A stretch of DNA of 61,755 nucleotides, filler included, from Sphacelaria rigidula (lineage: Eukaryota): NCBI GenBank assembly GCA_964200075.2. It is 9 parts of 9 records of this genome, joined end to end, with 100 filler letters (N's around TTAATTAATTAA, not from the genome) between each part and the next. Parts side by side here need not be neighbours in the genome. Positions count along the whole stretch, not along the records: positions 6,875 to 13,647 come from CAXNAA020018148.1; positions 13,748 to 20,520 come from CAXNAA020018149.1; positions 20,621 to 27,393 come from CAXNAA020018150.1; 6 more parts are not named here. One strand, 5' to 3'. Shown here piece after piece: positions 13,075 to 25,215 of this stretch (positions are counted from its first letter, which is position 1; every line of letters begins with the position of its first letter). Under the pieces are notes generated by a model, which saw only the letters and a program-made list of their open reading frames with translations, had not been told where the DNA came from and did not search any database. A program made the position numbers and the translations under genes.

Positions 13075-13355
13075 GGTAAATATGCATTTTTTTTCGTGGA
13101 GTTGGACAGTAAAATTTGGTATGGACAGTCAACAGGGCATGAAGAAAATCTGTCTGTGAGGTCCCGAAGATTTTTCAACCTTTTTCATAAGTTGAGGGCA
13201 ATAATCAGTTTTGAGGTTTGAATAAAATGCCCCAAACTCATGAAAAAATGAAAAAAAAACTTCGGGACCCCACAGACAGCTTTTCTTTATGCCATGTTGA
13301 TTGCCAATACCAAATTTCATCTTCCAGCTCCGAGAAAAAAATTGCGAATTCGCCT
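13075..13355. repeat. Imperfect foldback/inverted repeat (~130-bp arms), MITE-like
   Basis: AAATTTGGTATGG...CTGTCTGTGAGGTCCCGAAG is mirrored by CTTCGGGACCCCACAGACAG...CAATACCAAATTT. Related motif copies at ~12610 and ~12795. Confidence 0.75.
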
Positions 13356-13791
13356 GCAAAGTACAAATCCGCTTGTAGGCTGGCCCAGCCTGAATGTATG
13401 GTGCGCACTACTGTTTCACCACTTCGTTTTTCATTTCACGTCGCAAAGTTGAAAGTTCAGTGACGCATTATTTTTTCCCCATACATATTTGCTCTCGTGC
13501 CCTGATTACGTGCTCAAATTGCTGGCGCTAGGCAACTGGAATATACCGCGATTTCGGAGAGATGTGGAGCCGAATGGCGTAGTTTCCTTGCCTCCGGCGG
13601 CACCCTCTCACCAGCCGGGGGGGGGCGTGGGGGGGGGGAGCGTTTACNNNNNNNNNNNNNNNNNNNNNNNNNNNNNNNNNNNNNNNNNNNNTTAATTAAT
13701 TAANNNNNNNNNNNNNNNNNNNNNNNNNNNNNNNNNNNNNNNNNNNNTTTGGTTTGTTTGTGTGTGTGGGTGGCGGGGGGTGGTGGGGGGT

Positions 13792-13824
<33 letters not shown>

Positions 13825-14192
13825 ACTCATGATCTTGGATGCCCTAGTCATACGACCATTGACCTCGTATCCCTACCAAGCTTGGACGGAGCACGCCGGG
13901 TTTTCGCCGGACCAGGCTCGCAGTCGATCGCCAAGGGCGACGCGCCGTGATATCTCCAGCGGGTTGCATGAAGGGTGAACCGTATTCTGTCAAGATTGTT
14001 CGGCCCGAAACGTACTGAATATCGTGCACCTGGATGACAGCCTTCAACGAGTTGCTTCATTTTCTGGTCTCGCCACTTCCAGAGATAGCCATGGATTCCA
14101 CACTGCCTCATGGGTGCCTTACCATATAAACACGACGTGGTATGATCACGCCTTTTTGAGAAGAACTGAGGTTTTCCCGCTCCGCACAACAT
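13792..14192 (-). mobile_element. Non-LTR retroelement family B 3' fragment with poly(C) tail
   Basis: G32 followed by TACTCATGATC...GACCATTGACCTCGTATCCC; homologous to 20461-20520, 49328-49520 and 52273-52740. Confidence 0.75.
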
Positions 14193-14335
14193 GATCTAGC
14201 TTGATCACCGTCATGATTACCGCAAAAAAATGCAAGGGCAAAAACAAAACGGCAACCTGGTTGGCTAGCTTACGCGGTGAGTGGCGTGTTTCACAGCGTC
14301 GTTGCTGACCGACGCCAACCCCGTGGGGAAGAGAG
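14190..14335. repeat. Dispersed repeat (second copy ~50250-50400)
   Basis: ATGATCTAGCT...CTGGTTG(G/C)CTAGCTTACGCGGT(G/T)AGTGGCGTGT...GACGCCAACC is present at both loci. Confidence 0.75.
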
Positions 14336-14420
14336 TGGAGGGGGTGGGTGGGTAGTCATTTGTTGTTCACGTTAGTCATCTTACCATTGACCACGCATCC
14401 CTCGCGAAATGGAACATCGT
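14335..14420 (-). mobile_element. LINE family A 3' end (short, diverged)
   Basis: G-rich tract followed by TAGTCATTTGTTG...ACCATTGACCACGCATCCCT. GTGGAGGGGG occurs on both sides (possible TSD). Confidence 0.7.
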
Positions 14421-16179
14421 TGGCGTGTGTGTGCGCGCGCGTGTGGAGGGGGGGGGAGCAGCCACCGGGCAGTATAATTAGAAGACGCCCCACATAAATA
14501 AATTTAGTACATCTACGCTTGCCACGGTTGCGGCAGCCCAAGCGGCAGCGGCCGAGCATATCGCACGCAATACGCCCGTGCGTCGGTTCCTACTGCAGTG
14601 TACTGCCTGTACGGGGTACCGTTTTGATCTTACTCAGTGTTTCTATTGATCTGTGCCGTCGCTGCGCGGGCGGCTCGAGCTGTACTGTGCTGTCAGACAG
14701 CAGGTTCTAAACAGAGAGCACCGCAGCTACCGTCGTATGTAGCTGCTGCTCCGAAGATTGAGGGTGGCTCGCACGCTGCGCGCGATGCCTCTCAATCCTT
14801 CAGGAAAACAAGCTGCAAGTACTGAAAACGTCAGCTCGCGCGTACGCAAAGCAAGTTTCCAGTGACGTCGAGGAGCGTATACGTTTACATGTGAGGCTTG
14901 CCTTTGTGCTTCCCAGTAAGCAACAAATCTCACAAGCAATGGGAAACTATGTGTGTAATCACCCCCAAAAAGCAAAGGCCTATTTATTTTCGTCTTCCGG
15001 TCACTTTAGACAAGTTCGGAAATAAACAGGACGAAGGGGTGAGACGAAGGCTCCTACCAACGGTAGGCCAGGAGCCACAGCGGCGGCCCCAACCGTCCCC
15101 ACGGAGGCTGTCGAGAATGAGGCAAAACTAGGGCAGCAGCTTCATAGCTCTTTTCTCGACCATTACATGCAATCGAACATCGCGGTCACCACCCATGAAT
15201 CCCCGTGCGTGATCAGCCCAAAAACGAGGAGTTTCGGTATCTCCCCTGTGGTGAAGAGGTGTATGGGCTCCGATAGCAATCTGGTTCAAGGTCGGAATTA
15301 CCAGCACCCACTTTTGGATCATGGCATTTGCATGATATAAGATACATGTCCACAGCATATCACTTGATCTTAGTTCTTCTATGTTTTCTGCGCCTTTCTG
15401 TAACCCGCCCTAGCCTGGACTTACGACTGCGCTCCAACATACACCCCTAAAACCTCTTGTATCCCACTTTGTCTTCCATGCCCTGAACAGTAGATTAGAT
15501 TGTCAAGAAATCCACTTCGTACAGTGTGGAATCTGTTGTCTATTGCCATGGACGCAATAGTCGCCACTGTACGCAGCGCACTTGCCGACAATGTTGGCTG
15601 CTGTTCAGGGCGTGGTGTCTTCACCCGCCAGCTTCATCTGAGCGCCGCAGCTGTACTGCACAGCACGGCACGGTGCACTGCTGCTGCACTGTACTGCTCA
15701 GCTGTGGTGAATGCGATGGCATGACTAGTTCCGTTCCGTAAACCGATGTCGGAGCAGCAACTTGTGCAACCTAGACTGTTCTACCGGCGGATATATTGGG
15801 TTTTCATATGACATTGCAAGATGTGGCATAGGTAAAATAACTTAGATTTTCACGTAAAGGATATCCTCATCCTCCCGACCCCAAACCTACCCCTGGGTCG
15901 TTGCCCTAGCCCCAGGTCTTACCCCTTGGTCCGCTTTTTTTTTTTTCACACTAAAACCAGGACGACGTCAACCAAGATCAGAAAATGTTTTCTCATACAA
16001 AGGACAATTCCACCCGCACTCTATTTGATGCAGCTTTCATCCTGTACTAAGTTTGATATCCTCATGTGCGGTGGGTACAGTAAACTAGGGAATGGTCGGG
16101 GTGTACGCACAGTTTTTTATTTGAAAAAATTGTTCGTCGCACCTTGAACCCTTTTCCTTGAAAAAAAATCCAAAAAGCC

Positions 16180-17745
16180 AGCCAAAAGGGCTATGATGCT
16201 AGACGGGGAAATATCAAAATATTTGGATAGCTTACAAGGAGTTGCACAAGGGTATACGTCATCATCCCCTCTCTTCTAGTATTCATGATATCAGCAATAG
16301 AAACAGGAAAGCAAGGAGTCAATGTGGGTGAAAATATAGTATCAGGATTGATGTTCGCGGATGATTTCGTGGGGACTTCAGAAACCCCAGAAGGATTGCA
16401 GACACAGATAGACAAGGCGCTGGAATACACTCGGAAATGGAGAGCGACAGCGAACGTCAACAAATACGCGGTACTTGTATGTAACGAAGATAAGAAGAAC
16501 CCGGTAGAGTTCAAATGGAAGTGGGGACAAGAGGAACTGCCGATCGTAGACCAGTATACATACCTTGGCGTGGAGATATATGAAAAGAACGTTCTTGGGA
16601 TGACACATAAACAAAGTATTAGAAAAGGGTAAGGCAGCAGGCAGGATGGACGTGATCCTCAGAGACTCGCACCTGGATACTAGGATTAAGAGATGTATTC
16701 TGATGAACTGATTGTACCAAAGCTGGAATATACAGCACAAGTATGGGAGGGGAACGTGGAGTTGGTGAAGAAGTTGGGAATAATGCAGATGGCAGCAGCT
16801 AAAAAAATACTTGGATGCTTGAAAACGACGAGTAATACAGCACTGGGAGCAGAGTTGGGAATGTACTCACTTCAAACTAACAGCGACGTGAACCAATTGC
16901 GATAGCAATATAGCTTGAAGAACATGCAGAGGAAGAGATTGCCAGCTATAATTGATGAAGCTGTATGGGGGAAAATTACGAAAGGGCAGGCTGGAATAAG
17001 GTGGGATAGAGAAGACGAGAAGTATGGAAGGAGACAGGAGGAAACCAAGACGAAACACTGTCCAAAGGCGAGGGCGCGGGGTACAAGACAAAAGTAAGAT
17101 ACATGATGGAAATGAGGAAACCCGCTGAGACGGAAAGTAGACGAGGAACAACACCTGAAGATATACGGGGAGTTGAGAGAGGGGATCCGGATGAAAACAT
17201 TTTTACATGGCCCAGTGGACGGGGGAAATAATTAAAACTGCGATTTCGGGTTGGGGACCTAGGCCTGCCAGAAAGAAGAATTAATGTACCAGTGGTCGAG
17301 AGGAGGAGGAAGTAGATGCACAGAATTGCCCCTGTCAAAGAAAAAGAGAGCATAACTCACATAGTAGCAGAATGTGAACTATACAAGGAGGAATGGTACG
17401 TGCTAGAGGGGGAAATGCGGGACGTCAACGAAGGTGGCATGAAATCGTTTGATGCAGTAAGTAGACAGTAGCGACAAAACAATGGCTATACTAGGAGATA
17501 GATCGTGGCCACAGACGGTGAAACAGGATGGGGATAACATGTGTCAAAGGCCTTTGTTTAATGTACGGAAGAAATATAGTGAGCACCTAAACGTTGGAGG
17601 TCTCTATCAGGAGTAGAAACGGTACTCGATAGTGAGCACCTAAATGTTGGAGGTGTCTCTATCAGGAGTAGAAACGGTACTCCGTCTCGAAAGGGATGCG
17701 TGGTCAATGATCGAACGACTAAGGCAAGCGACAAATGAGTACGCT
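16180..17745 (+). mobile_element. 5'-truncated LINE family A (RT C-half, CCHC-like finger, 3' end)
   Basis: QGVAQG, MFADDF, YTYLGV, CPC..E..HIVAEC, LGDRSW, and terminal KGCVVNDRTTKASDK* followed by GTACG and a C-rich tract. Internal ~54-bp tandem duplication at 17576-17682. Confidence 0.92.
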
Positions 17746-18045
17746 CCTCTCCCTTCCTCGGGACGAGTCCGTGGTCTCAAGGGATCAACCCATCTCTCCC
17801 TGGCACACGCCTTGCATTTTGGTCTCGCGGATTGGGTCATGACTATCAGCACTGCCGCACCGCGCCAACTCTCCTCAAACAAACGTAGCCAACTACCTCT
17901 TGTTTACCAACGTAACTTTCGACGGTGGGAATCAGCCAGTTCGAGGAAAAACCCCAACGCATCGGGTATCGAACCCACCTTCTCTCCACGCTAGTAGTGA
18001 CAGTCGGACCATTTTAATTCATACCACCGGGGCGCGCCGGCTAGT
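17745..18045 (-). mobile_element. tRNA-derived SINE family 1
   Basis: Minus-strand head with B box GGTTCGATACC; homologous along its length to 22256-22540 and to a fragment at ~47195-47250. Confidence 0.75.
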
Positions 18046-19979
18046 ACGACGCGTTCATGTCTGAACCACGCGTGAATCGAACTGGAGACCTTGCGATGAA
18101 AAGACAACAAAAAAATTACCGATCGCAGTGCAATCTGACAGAAAAGCCACCGCTCGCAGTCCAGTGCAGTGAGTTTGCTTGCAGAGATTTTCATACTGGA
18201 AGCATATCGGTTTTTATTCAAGCATCGAAAAAAAATATTCCCGTGAGGCAAATAAGGGTATTCAAAATCGGGAGGGGGAAGAGAGAGGGGAGGGGTGTGG
18301 TGTGCCGGAATAAAACACTAGAGTGCCACGCATTTCTTGTCTTGATGCAAAGCGTAGGTTTTCGTCATTTTCAGTATTTTAAAACCAAGCGTCGGGGATC
18401 GCCGCCATGATCACACAACTCACTCCATACACACTCTCCATACACACTCAATCCTGCAGCACGTGTCGTGTGGACACTGACACTGGGTCGAGCTCGCAGA
18501 TAGTGCGAAGACCGAAGTGTAGAGCTGCTCAAAGTGGCAGCTGAGTTTAAAATAGTTTCCCACACGCTCTCTATGCTCTTTGTCGAGTGAACGATCCGAA
18601 ATCGCGTCGAAAATGGACCACGCAAGACATCATTGGATCGCCGGCGGCTGCCTGTAGGATCGAAGCAAAGTGCCCTACTGAAAATTGCGTCCTCCCTAGA
18701 CGATTTACATTCCAGGGAAAACAAACCGTGATGTCACACATCTGCACACCATCGGACCAAAAAATCGCAGGGCGGAAATTGGTGATCAGTTTCTTGCAGT
18801 CGTGGGCTGTTCGGTTGCCTGCAGCTCAAATATCGCACTTTCGGAGGCCTGCACCCACTGCGTGTGTACAAACATATCCGAGCATACACTTGAGGTTCAG
18901 ACTAAAAAAAGTTCGCCCTTGACTTTTACCCTTCAGAAGACACAAGCTTCGTACATATCCGCGCAGTCGACAAAACGCGCCATGAAAACTGCTTATGCTC
19001 GGAGTTCCTGAGGAACATGGACTTTTGACATTTGCTGCTCCCATACCACCCCCCCCCCCCTAAAAAACAAAAAACGGCAAAAAAGTATTCTCGCTTCATA
19101 CGGCCCATGTGCAACACAGAGTTTTCCCACAAATCCATACCGCACCCCCTGCTAGATTATGCACACGTACATCCGACGTATAACATTATTCGTCATACGT
19201 TTTTCTTCTGGGTCGTCCTTCCAACCCTTTTCAGCCGCGGGTGCAAACTTCAGTTATCAAAAGCACCCACATGTGGTCGGCGCGCGCCGCCACGCCAATC
19301 CTCTCAGCAACGGCAACCACCTGGCACCCGCTGAGTCGAACCATTGCCGGCTCACTTCCCGTTCACCAAACACAACCACCATACCCGGCGTGTATTGTCG
19401 GGAATCAAACTCCGAGTCTGTCCACTCTCGGCGCTAACGAATTTGTCGGTGTTGTCGTGGAATCATATGGCGACACTGCGATCTCGATTCGCGGTATTTC
19501 CACCACACTAACGGACGGGCCCGGAGAATGAAATGAACGGGTATGTCGTGCCAAAAGCTAATTATGACACAGCTCAGGATAATATTCCCGAAGGAGAGAG
19601 CCACGTTGCAGTCAAGAGCATGAGTGTTGGAGTGAAGCATTGGGCTGCAACGGGTGTCATCCTTCCGTAGAAGTATGTTAATCATTGGGCCACGTGTACG
19701 TTCGATAGCCGACGGATGGGAACATTAGGCAACGTTTCTTCCGCCGCATACTATTCCCTCAGTGTCACATGCGATCGCATGCTACAGGACCGCCAGAAGT
19801 CGGTCGCAGCTCCGACCGTGGATCTGCATAGTCCGACACCGATGTAGCGGTAACATAGATGACCGGGTGTGGCAAGGTCACCCGGACTCGGGTGACACAA
19901 AAATCTCATCTCAAGCACGGCGTCGAGTTGTACAACCGGATCATTACAAAAGTCTTGACAACAGACAACCACTCATTCT

Positions 19980-20330
19980 CTCGATCAAGACGGTCATTGG
20001 CGCAAGAACTGCGGAACCGAGAGACGTGCTATCCCCTCCCGTGTGATGCATTTTTTATTGTCATTCCAGTTTGCGGCCACGTGTTCCATAATACCCAAGT
20101 GCGTGTGAAGGTTGAAGGCGACGCCTTTTTTTCATGCCCGAGGAAAATTATCGGAGGAATGGGGTACCGCGTAGTATATGCTCTGTTGATTATCCTACAT
20201 AAGCACAGGTCAAGCAACTAGGAGGCCAGCGCTGCGAAACTCGAGCAACCAGGCAGCCAGCACCCTTTGCTCTGGTGCGACTCATTTGGGCAGTAAGCAT
20301 TCTACGATCCAGGTGTACAGAGCCAGTCGG
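19980..20330 (-). pseudogene. Possible pogo/Tigger transposase C-terminal remnant
   Basis: CLLPK, YVG(I)INRAYTTRY and FNLHTHLGIMEHVAANWND..ITREGIAR resemble the LPP..QPxDxGII..Y and AW..TI blocks. Frameshifted. Confidence 0.3.
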
Positions 20331-20460
20331 TAGTCTAAGACGCACCATTTGCTGTCGCTCTCGAACAGGATAAAGAATCTCCGCATATCACATCTCGTAT
20401 CAGGCCGATATCGGGAGAGAGATGTGTTCATCCCCAGAGACTACAGGCTCGTCCCTACAA

Positions 20461-20520
20461 GGGGGGGGGGGGGGGGGTACTCTTTATCATTCATGCCCTA
20501 GCTCTTAGGCCATTGCCCTC
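20461..20520 (-). mobile_element. Family B 3' end with poly(C) tail
   Basis: G16 followed by TACTCTTTATCATTCATGCCCTAG...CCATTG, at the contig end. Confidence 0.7.
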
Positions 20521-21000
20521 NNNNNNNNNNNNNNNNNNNNNNNNNNNNNNNNNNNNNNNNNNNNTTAATTAATTAANNNNNNNNNNNNNNNNNNNNNNNN
20601 NNNNNNNNNNNNNNNNNNNNAGTAATAATAATAAAAATAAAAATAAAAATAAAAATAATATTAGATGATCTTTTATGTTTGAAGAAAGGAGGCAAGTCCC
20701 CGACTTTAGAACGTGGTGCGCAAGTATCCGTCCGCTCGAAGTATGGGCACCATCACTGATCCTAGGAGTATACCAACAGCATTCCGTTGTTCACAGTCAC
20801 TCGTACACGATCTTGTTCGAAGCATCAAGTCGTGGCAACAGGATCGATATATATATACTGGATGTGTATGTGTGTGACGAGATGGAACCACCCCCCCCCT
20901 GTAGCGACAGCGGTCGATTCTAGCGAATATACACCGACAGAAATTTCCAGTCTCATACAATGCTGAAAATATTTCTGCTACCGCCGCCTATGCTACGTAG

Positions 21001-21585
21001 GTGCTACTGGATGCCGGAGCAGAACCGTTTGACGAAGGACCCGGCGGAGCCACCGCAATCGACATGGCCGAAATGGGAAGATTTGAGGGTGTTGCCGAGG
21101 TTCTACGGAAACACGCCAAGGGGCGCGGCAGTAGAGGCGCGGATGCTGCGAAGAAGGCATTGGTTGCGTGGCTGGACGCTCTGGGGTGCGGAGAGTTTCT
21201 AGCGCGGTTCTTGACGGCGGGTTACGATGATCTTGCTTTCATGGCATCACATGGTTTGGCCGAGGCAGATTTAGACTGTATTGGAGTACCGCACGAAAAA
21301 TTGGGACTGAGAAAGAAGCTTCTGGCGATGCACTCGGTGCATGATTTTTTGCCGAACACGGAAGCGGAAAAAGAAGAGGAGGAAGAAATCGACAGTGTCA
21401 GGAGCAGTAGGAGCGGCGAGGAAGGCGATACTTCCGCAAGTGATGACCGAGGTTCATCGTCTGGTAGCAGTGATCACGGTTACCACTCTAGCGATAGTGG
21501 GAGGGCTTCTAACACGGCGGATGATACTGATGATGATGGGTCTGACGAATCTGAAACCGAATCATGCAGCAATAATAGCGGTTAG
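21001..21585 (+). CDS. Terminal exon of an ankyrin-repeat + SAM-domain protein with an acidic/Ser-rich tail (5'-partial)
   Basis: Acceptor TAG|G at 21000/21001. LLDAGA...GATAIDMA...VAEVL is an ankyrin end, and WLDALGCGEFLARFLTAGYDDL...ADLDCIGV..LGLRKKLL is a SAM domain. Stop at 21583-21585. Confidence 0.88.
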   Translation: MLLDAGAEPFDEGPGGATAIDMAEMGRFEGVAEVLRKHAKGRGSRGADAAKKALVAWLDALGCGEFLARFLTAGYDDLAFMASHGLAEADLDCIGVPHEKLGLRKKLLAMHSVHDFLPNTEAEKEEEEEIDSVRSSRSGEEGDTSASDDRGSSSGSSDHGYHSSDSGRASNTADDTDDDGSDESETESCSNNSG

Positions 21586-22255
21586 GTATCATGCTTGTAC
21601 ATTCTCGAGTGGTAATTGCTTTCATCACTATATAACGTCGTGTCCGCGTCTTTCTTTTGAAAACCGCCTCGACGCCGCTCGTCGCTTTGCGAGATTTGCA
21701 AATAGCATGTTGCTTTTGGGGCACCAGAGTAGATGTCGGGCGCAGAAATTTGAGGGAGGCCAGGCAACGCCATTGATACCAGCGGTAGATCCTCTCAATC
21801 CCCGACCGGTTATTGCACGATTAAAAATGTGGTCATGGTCGACGCACGTATTGGGCCTATGTGCAAATGGTTGACCAATCACGAGACTAAAAATACGCGC
21901 AAGCGCCGAGAAGGCCTATCCCGCCGGCCTGCTTCGTTAAATCACGAGCACAAAGCGGATCGATAGGCACAACCTGCTGGCGAAACCTACGGTTTATATT
22001 ACTGGTGCAACCCATGATCCCGCACAACTGGACGCGAAACCAACATGATGGACGAGACAGTTTACGGAATCCACCACCAGCAAGACACCTGCGCCTCATA
22101 GCATTGGACAACGAAACCCGTCAAACCAACACTCAACCCCTTCGAGAACGGAATAGAGATTGCAGGATCTCATTTATCTTTCCATTTTCTCGGCATCAGC
22201 ATTTTCTCCGTTTCAAAACCTTCACCATTTTATTACATTTGTCTCTATTATATAT

Positions 22256-22540
22256 AGCCGCCGCGCCCCGGTGTTGTGATGGTTTGACTGTCGTCATTAA
22301 GGTGGAGAGAGTGAAGGTTCGAGTCCCGATGTGTTGGGGTCATTCTTCATAGTGTGTGATTTCCACCGTGGTAAGCGTGAACCAGTGAGTAAACATGGTA
22401 GTCGACTGAGTTTATTTGACGTGAGTTGACACGGTGCGGGAGTGCTGATCCAATCCGCGAGACCAAAATGCAAGGGGTGTACCGGGGAGAGATGGGCTAA
22501 TCCCTTGAGACCACGGACTTGTCCCGAGGAAGGAGAGGGT
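22256..22540 (+). mobile_element. tRNA-derived SINE family 1
   Basis: B box GGTTCGAGTCC at ~22316 and purine-rich end CCGAGGAAGGAGAGGG; matches the reverse complement of 17745-18045. Confidence 0.75.
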
Positions 22541-22656
22541 TTTAAAGTGCGAGAAAATAAATACAATTAATACATAGCACGACGAAATAAAATGTCGCCA
22601 TAATCAACGGCACCATAGCACGCGGCAACAGTCGGACGTCATCGCTATTAAAAAAA

Positions 22657-24308
22657 CTATTCCAACGCGAACATATACACCGGGAATATTTCCCCTGGAA
22701 ATCCTTCTTGCCGCTGCTGGTGCACAACCTTGATTCCCCCGTGGTTAAACAGACTACGAAAGTACCCGAGCGACCGCGTCATGCTGCTGTCCTCGCAATC
22801 CACCTTGAAGGCTCCCTCTTCCGCGCCCACGGGAACCACGTTATCCTTGATCACGACCAAACCACCCTTCTTCAGGGCCCCTCGGCAGCGGTTAATCAAC
22901 TTGATCAAATCCACGTCTGTGAAGTGGCCAACAACCCACTGTATCCAGAAAAGATCGTAGCTATCCGCGGGTGGGAAAAAATCCTGATGTGTCACGTTCC
23001 GCAAGTTTGAAAAACAGTAGAGGTCAGGAGTGGAGATACGTCGATATCGGGAGGGGGGGGGGGAACGGGGTCAGTGATTGAGCGGCGTGCTTTTCAAATT
23101 GGTCATCCTATGGTAACGTGATAGTATATACATCGGCATCCAGTACAAACACAAAACATGTGTTTCTTTTGGCATCTTCCTCCTCTTGAGGTCCGCAGCC
23201 AAGACCACGGGGCTACGCAACAACGGTTCGAAGAAAAGATGGTGAGCTAAAGCTCAACACGAAAATAGTCTTACAAACAGATGCATTCGAGGTCACGCAA
23301 CGTGAACGACACGAGTCATCGCACATCGAGTGCATAATCTAGAAAATTATGATAAAGAGGAATAAAACGAATATCTCACCTGCAGACCTACGCAAATACA
23401 CTCCGTGCGATCTCTATTTCGCCCAACGTACTTCGGTGCCGCTCTGATCAGTCGCGGGCTCTGCTCGATAATCTCGACCGATTCGAAACGATCGAGGAGG
23501 AGGTGCTTGGTCACTCGTCCGATGCCGGCGCCACAATCTGACGCGTATCAGGCGTGAAGCACGATTTGCGTTATTGCCGATTCAAATAACAAAGGAGTGA
23601 CGAGAGAAGAGCTCAAAAGCGTTAATGGAGGACAGAGACAGTGAGAGAAAAGGAAGGGGAATGCAAGACGCACCAACAGTCTAAAGAAAAAATGTACGCA
23701 ACAAATTGGAGTACTTGCGCCTAAAACCTTGAAACGCAATGTTATCGCGTGTACAGGACATGCCTGATCAGGAACAAGGATGGCTCATGTTTCACACGAA
23801 CGCATTTTTACCCTAAATATGATATCTTTGCTATGGATATGGACCACAATCTTCGATGATGCAAAGCGTACATCACGAAGGACAATTAAACAACCCTACC
23901 GCCAAACTATACTAGACCCCCAGTAAGACTTGGCCACCAGCAATAAATGGAGCAAATCTGCACGAGCCAGGCGCTAGAACCGTGCTGTTCTTGGTTTCCA
24001 TCCCAATACTACGGAGCGCTTGTTTGCACTGACATAATCTCACCTGCCGCTTTTTCGTCCCCAAGCTGCGGTCTCATTGTTTTCACATTTTCCAAAAATG
24101 ACGACGAGCCCGCGATGTCTGTCGGAGAAATGTATCCGTATCCACCAAGAACCCCGTCGTCGTCAAGCCCACAATTTTCTTCATCTTCCCAATAGTCGTA
24201 CGCTCGCTCGTACCAGCGCGCCGAACCTTTGCCAGCGGCGGGTGGCGGTTTCGGATTGGCGGCGTTGTCTTCGTCGGCTGTTCTGTCCGCTGCAACGTCC
24301 TTGCCTGT
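22657..24308 (-). CDS. NTMT1: Alpha-N-terminal protein methyltransferase (NTMT1/Tae1 family), three exons, 5'-partial
   Basis: Exons 24308-24044, 23537-23380, 22983-22657 with GT-AG sites and consistent phases. Motifs WY..A..YW, GVLGGYG.IS..DI.GS..FL, DCGAGIGRVTK.LL, YD.FWIQWV.GH.TD, KDNV, D.EDSS.TRS, FP...FPV.MFAL. First exon not found. Confidence 0.93.
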
Positions 24309-24539
24309 CTGTTGAAACGACCGAACCGTGGTACAACACATGAAACGGTTGAAAAGTAAAGTATCATACGGGTACTGAAGCAAAGCGGTAGCACGTAGTG
24401 CATCATGATACAACACCGTTGTTTTGTGTTGAACAAACGGGCTGTGGACTTCGCAACAAATCATTGGACCTCGCTTTCTGCTCTGAACCTAGATACTGTA
24501 CCATGACTTTACGTGCCTTACCTAGCGCGGGGAAGTTGG

Positions 24540-24850
24540 ACCTCAGATCGACTTTTCACTAGTCTCGCCCCTTGTCTACGGACCTAGGACACCCGGGAGG
24601 ATGAACTACCAAGTCGATCTGCCCAGTGCTGTTTGTTTTATGAAACCGTGTGTGGTATGCAATGGTACGAGCCTCCATGAACACTTGGGCCAGTCCTTGA
24701 CAGTTCATTGTAACGCCCGGTCATCTTGAACGAGGATGAGTTTGTCGAGGGTTTGTCTAGAAGGATTGAACGGGTTCAGGCATTTGCCCGGAAAAACGCA
24801 CGAATCACAGGAACTCACACGAAGCTACACGCAAACGCAAACGGTGACGG
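24540..24850 (+). mobile_element. Possible degenerate Ty1/copia integrase fragment
   Basis: EDEFVEG and SQELTRSYTQ/ANG resemble G.EF and QE.T..YTPQQNG. Frameshifted. Confidence 0.3.
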
Positions 24851-24959
24851 TTCGTGTGCTTGCGGGTTTATCTGCAGCGGACCATTTATCGTTGAGATGC
24901 GTGTGTGGGTCTCCTTACAAAAGTCCGCACCTGTAGCCGACAACGGTTTTCCGTTCGTC

Positions 24960-25215
24960 GTGTGTGTGTTGTGTACGCCGATGCGCGTATGTGTGTGTTG
25001 TCATCCCATCTATTCTGGACGCCGGTCTACACCTTTCGGTATATGTGGGCGCACCAGCCGGGGTCACACAGGAGGAGGGCCAACATTTTTTTTTTTTTTT
25101 CAGTTTTCCACCTTCCTTTTGCGGTGCTTGCCTTCGTTTTTTATCGCGAGAGGGGTTCAGCGGTCCCTTTCCCTCGTCGACATGAAGTCGAATTTTGCGT
25201 ATCCCGGAGATAAAC
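24960..25215 (-). mobile_element. SINE family 2 body and (CA)n tail (other copies 32560-32810, 52760-52900 on +, 53737-53965)
   Basis: Shared GTCATCCCATCTATT..GG..GCC...CCGGGGTCACACAGGAG...GAGAGGGGTTCAGCGGTCCCTTTCCCTCGTCGA, adjacent to (GT)n. Confidence 0.75.
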
